Origin: Gammaproteobacteria bacterium
GTDB lineage: Bacteria > Pseudomonadota > Gammaproteobacteria > Pseudomonadales > Litorivicinaceae
Assembly (NCBI GenBank): GCA_002717305.1
Contig: PBDH01000019.1
Span: forward strand, 15,537-50,021
Length of the DNA stretch: 34,485 bases
Reading direction: 5' to 3'
The notes under the pieces are model-generated. The model was not told where the DNA came from. It did not search any database and saw only the letters and a program-made list of their open reading frames with translations. Positions 32,922 to 34,485 of the stretch are shown piece after piece (the first letter of the stretch is position 1; every line of letters starts with the position of its first letter). A program made the position numbers and the translations under genes.

Positions 32922-34485
32922 CTAGCTTGCCGCCTTGGCCCGACCTGCACGCTTGCGGTCGGACTCTTTGAGTAATTTTTTGCGAAGCCGTATATTGTTT
33001 GGTGTAACTTCAACAAGCTCATCATCATCAATGAATTCGAGGGCAGACTCAAGTGTTAGCTTGATAGGCGGTGTTAGAATTAAATTTTCGTCAGTGCCCG
33101 CGGCTCGGATATTGGTCAGTTGCTTACCTTTCACCGGATTTACCGGAAGATCGTTCGATCGTGCATGGAGACCAAGCAACATGCCTTCATATACCTCGAC
33201 ACCAGGTCCGAGCATTAAGCGGCCACGATCCTGCAAAGTGAAAAGTGAATAGCCTGTAGTTTCACCGTTTATCATTGACACCAATACGCCATTTACTCGA
33301 TTTCCAAGCTGACCTAGTTTTGCTGGTCCATAATGGTCGAACACATGGCTCATGATGCCAGTGCCTGAGGTCATAGTCAGGAACAGTGACCTAAACCCAA
33401 TCAGCCCACGCGCGGCGATAATATATTCTAGTCGCAATCTACCTTGGCCATCAGGCTCCAGATTTTTCATATCAGCTTTGCGAAGTCCCATAGCTTCCAT
33501 GACAGCACCCTGGTGCTGATCCTCGATATCGATGACAAGATACTCATAAGGCTCTTCCTTAACCCCCTCGACTACTCTTGTGATCACCTCAGGCCTCGAC
33601 ACACCGAGTTCAAACCCTTCGCGCCGCATCGATTCAATTAGAACAGATAGGTGAAGCTCTCCACGTCCCGACACAATAAATTTATCAGGAGATTCACCCT
33701 GCTCAACCCGCAACGCAACGTTATGAATGAGCTCGTGCTCGAGACGCTCCTTAATGTTACGAGACGTTACATATTTTCCGTCTCTTCCCGCAAAAGGACT
33801 GTCATTGACCTGGAAGGTCATACTCACTGTCGGCTCATCAACTATTAGTGGTGGCAAGCCTTCAATTAACGAGACTGAACAAACGGTATCCGAGATAGAG
33901 AGCGGATCCAGCCCAGTAATACACACAATATCACCTGCCGAGGCTGCATCTTGTTCAAGTCGTTCGAGACCCGTGTATCCGAAAATCTGCAAAACTTTGC
34001 CGTTTCGGATGTCGCCATTACGATTAACAACAGAGACCGGCTGATTCCGTTTCAACTGGCCACGACGGATTCGGCCAACTCCAATAACACCCTGAAATGC
34101 GTTGTAGTCCAAAGCTGATATTTGTAGCTGTAATGGTCCATCAAGGTCGACTTCAGGAGCTGGGCAATGGTCAATAATGGCCTGAAAGATTGGCTCCATG
34201 CTGTCAGTCAGCTGATCAAACTCCAAACCAGACGAGCCATTGATTGCCGAACAGTAGACAACTGGAAAATCGAGTTGTTCATCAGTAGCACCGAGCTGAT
34301 CGAACAGATCAAATACCCGGTCGATCGCGCCGTGAGGGTCGGCTCCAATCTTATCGATCTTGTTTACGATGACGATCGGCTTCAGCCCTTGCTTGAAAGC
34401 TTTTTGGGTCACGAAGCGAGTCTGGGGCATAGGGCCCTCGGCCGCATCTACCACCAACAAGACAGCATCGACCATCGACAACACA
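32922..34485 (-). CDS. typA: Translational GTPase TypA/BipA (5' end outside the window)
   Basis: LSMVDAVLLVVDAAEGPMPQTRFV, NKID, VNDSPFAG, GRGELHL, GKQLTNIRAAG and VEVTP. Confidence 0.97.
   Translation of the reverse strand, partial: VLSMVDAVLLVVDAAEGPMPQTRFVTQKAFKQGLKPIVIVNKIDKIGADPHGAIDRVFDLFDQLGATDEQLDFPVVYCSAINGSSGLEFDQLTDSMEPIFQAIIDHCPAPEVDLDGPLQLQISALDYNAFQGVIGVGRIRRGQLKRNQPVSVVNRNGDIRNGKVLQIFGYTGLERLEQDAASAGDIVCITGLDPLSISDTVCSVSLIEGLPPLIVDEPTVSMTFQVNDSPFAGRDGKYVTSRNIKERLEHELIHNVALRVEQGESPDKFIVSGRGELHLSVLIESMRREGFELGVSRPEVITRVVEGVKEEPYEYLVIDIEDQHQGAVMEAMGLRKADMKNLEPDGQGRLRLEYIIAARGLIGFRSLFLTMTSGTGIMSHVFDHYGPAKLGQLGNRVNGVLVSMINGETTGYSLFTLQDRGRLMLGPGVEVYEGMLLGLHARSNDLPVNPVKGKQLTNIRAAGTDENLILTPPIKLTLESALEFIDDDELVEVTPNNIRLRKKLLKESDRKRAGRAKAAS

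Overview
Core-genome segment of a compact gammaproteobacterium. Gene order resembles the Pseudomonadales/Oceanospirillales aroK-gltBD-hemE and ponA-rpmE-priA-argS-hslVU-ubiEJB-hisIE-tatABC loci, with very short or overlapping gene junctions. It contains 31 CDSs: amt (partial)-glnK under a clear sigma54/NtrC promoter, ubiK, dnaE2, tolC, hemE, metY, gltD, gltB, an AAA/DamX-like membrane protein, aroB, aroK, PBP1A, a thermonuclease, rpmE, priA, argS, ftsN-like, hslVU, ubiE/J/B, hisI/E, hinT, tatABC, pip and typA (partial). I saw no tRNA, rRNA, CRISPR array or mobile element. The most notable signals are: (1) a stand-alone error-prone polymerase dnaE2 with no adjacent imuA/imuB, carrying its own near-perfect LexA box that ends on the start codon, a probably leaderless promoter and a QLPLF clamp-type motif; (2) a hairpin hiding the pip ribosome-binding site that contains a Met-Pro-Pro-Arg mini-ORF; (3) a 13-bp perfect copy of the amt ribosome-binding region in inverted orientation upstream of the glnK sigma54 promoter; (4) pilMNOPQ and comM both missing from their usual positions; and (5) a long structured gltB leader. 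All calls come from reading the sequence and from recalled family knowledge; no searches were run.
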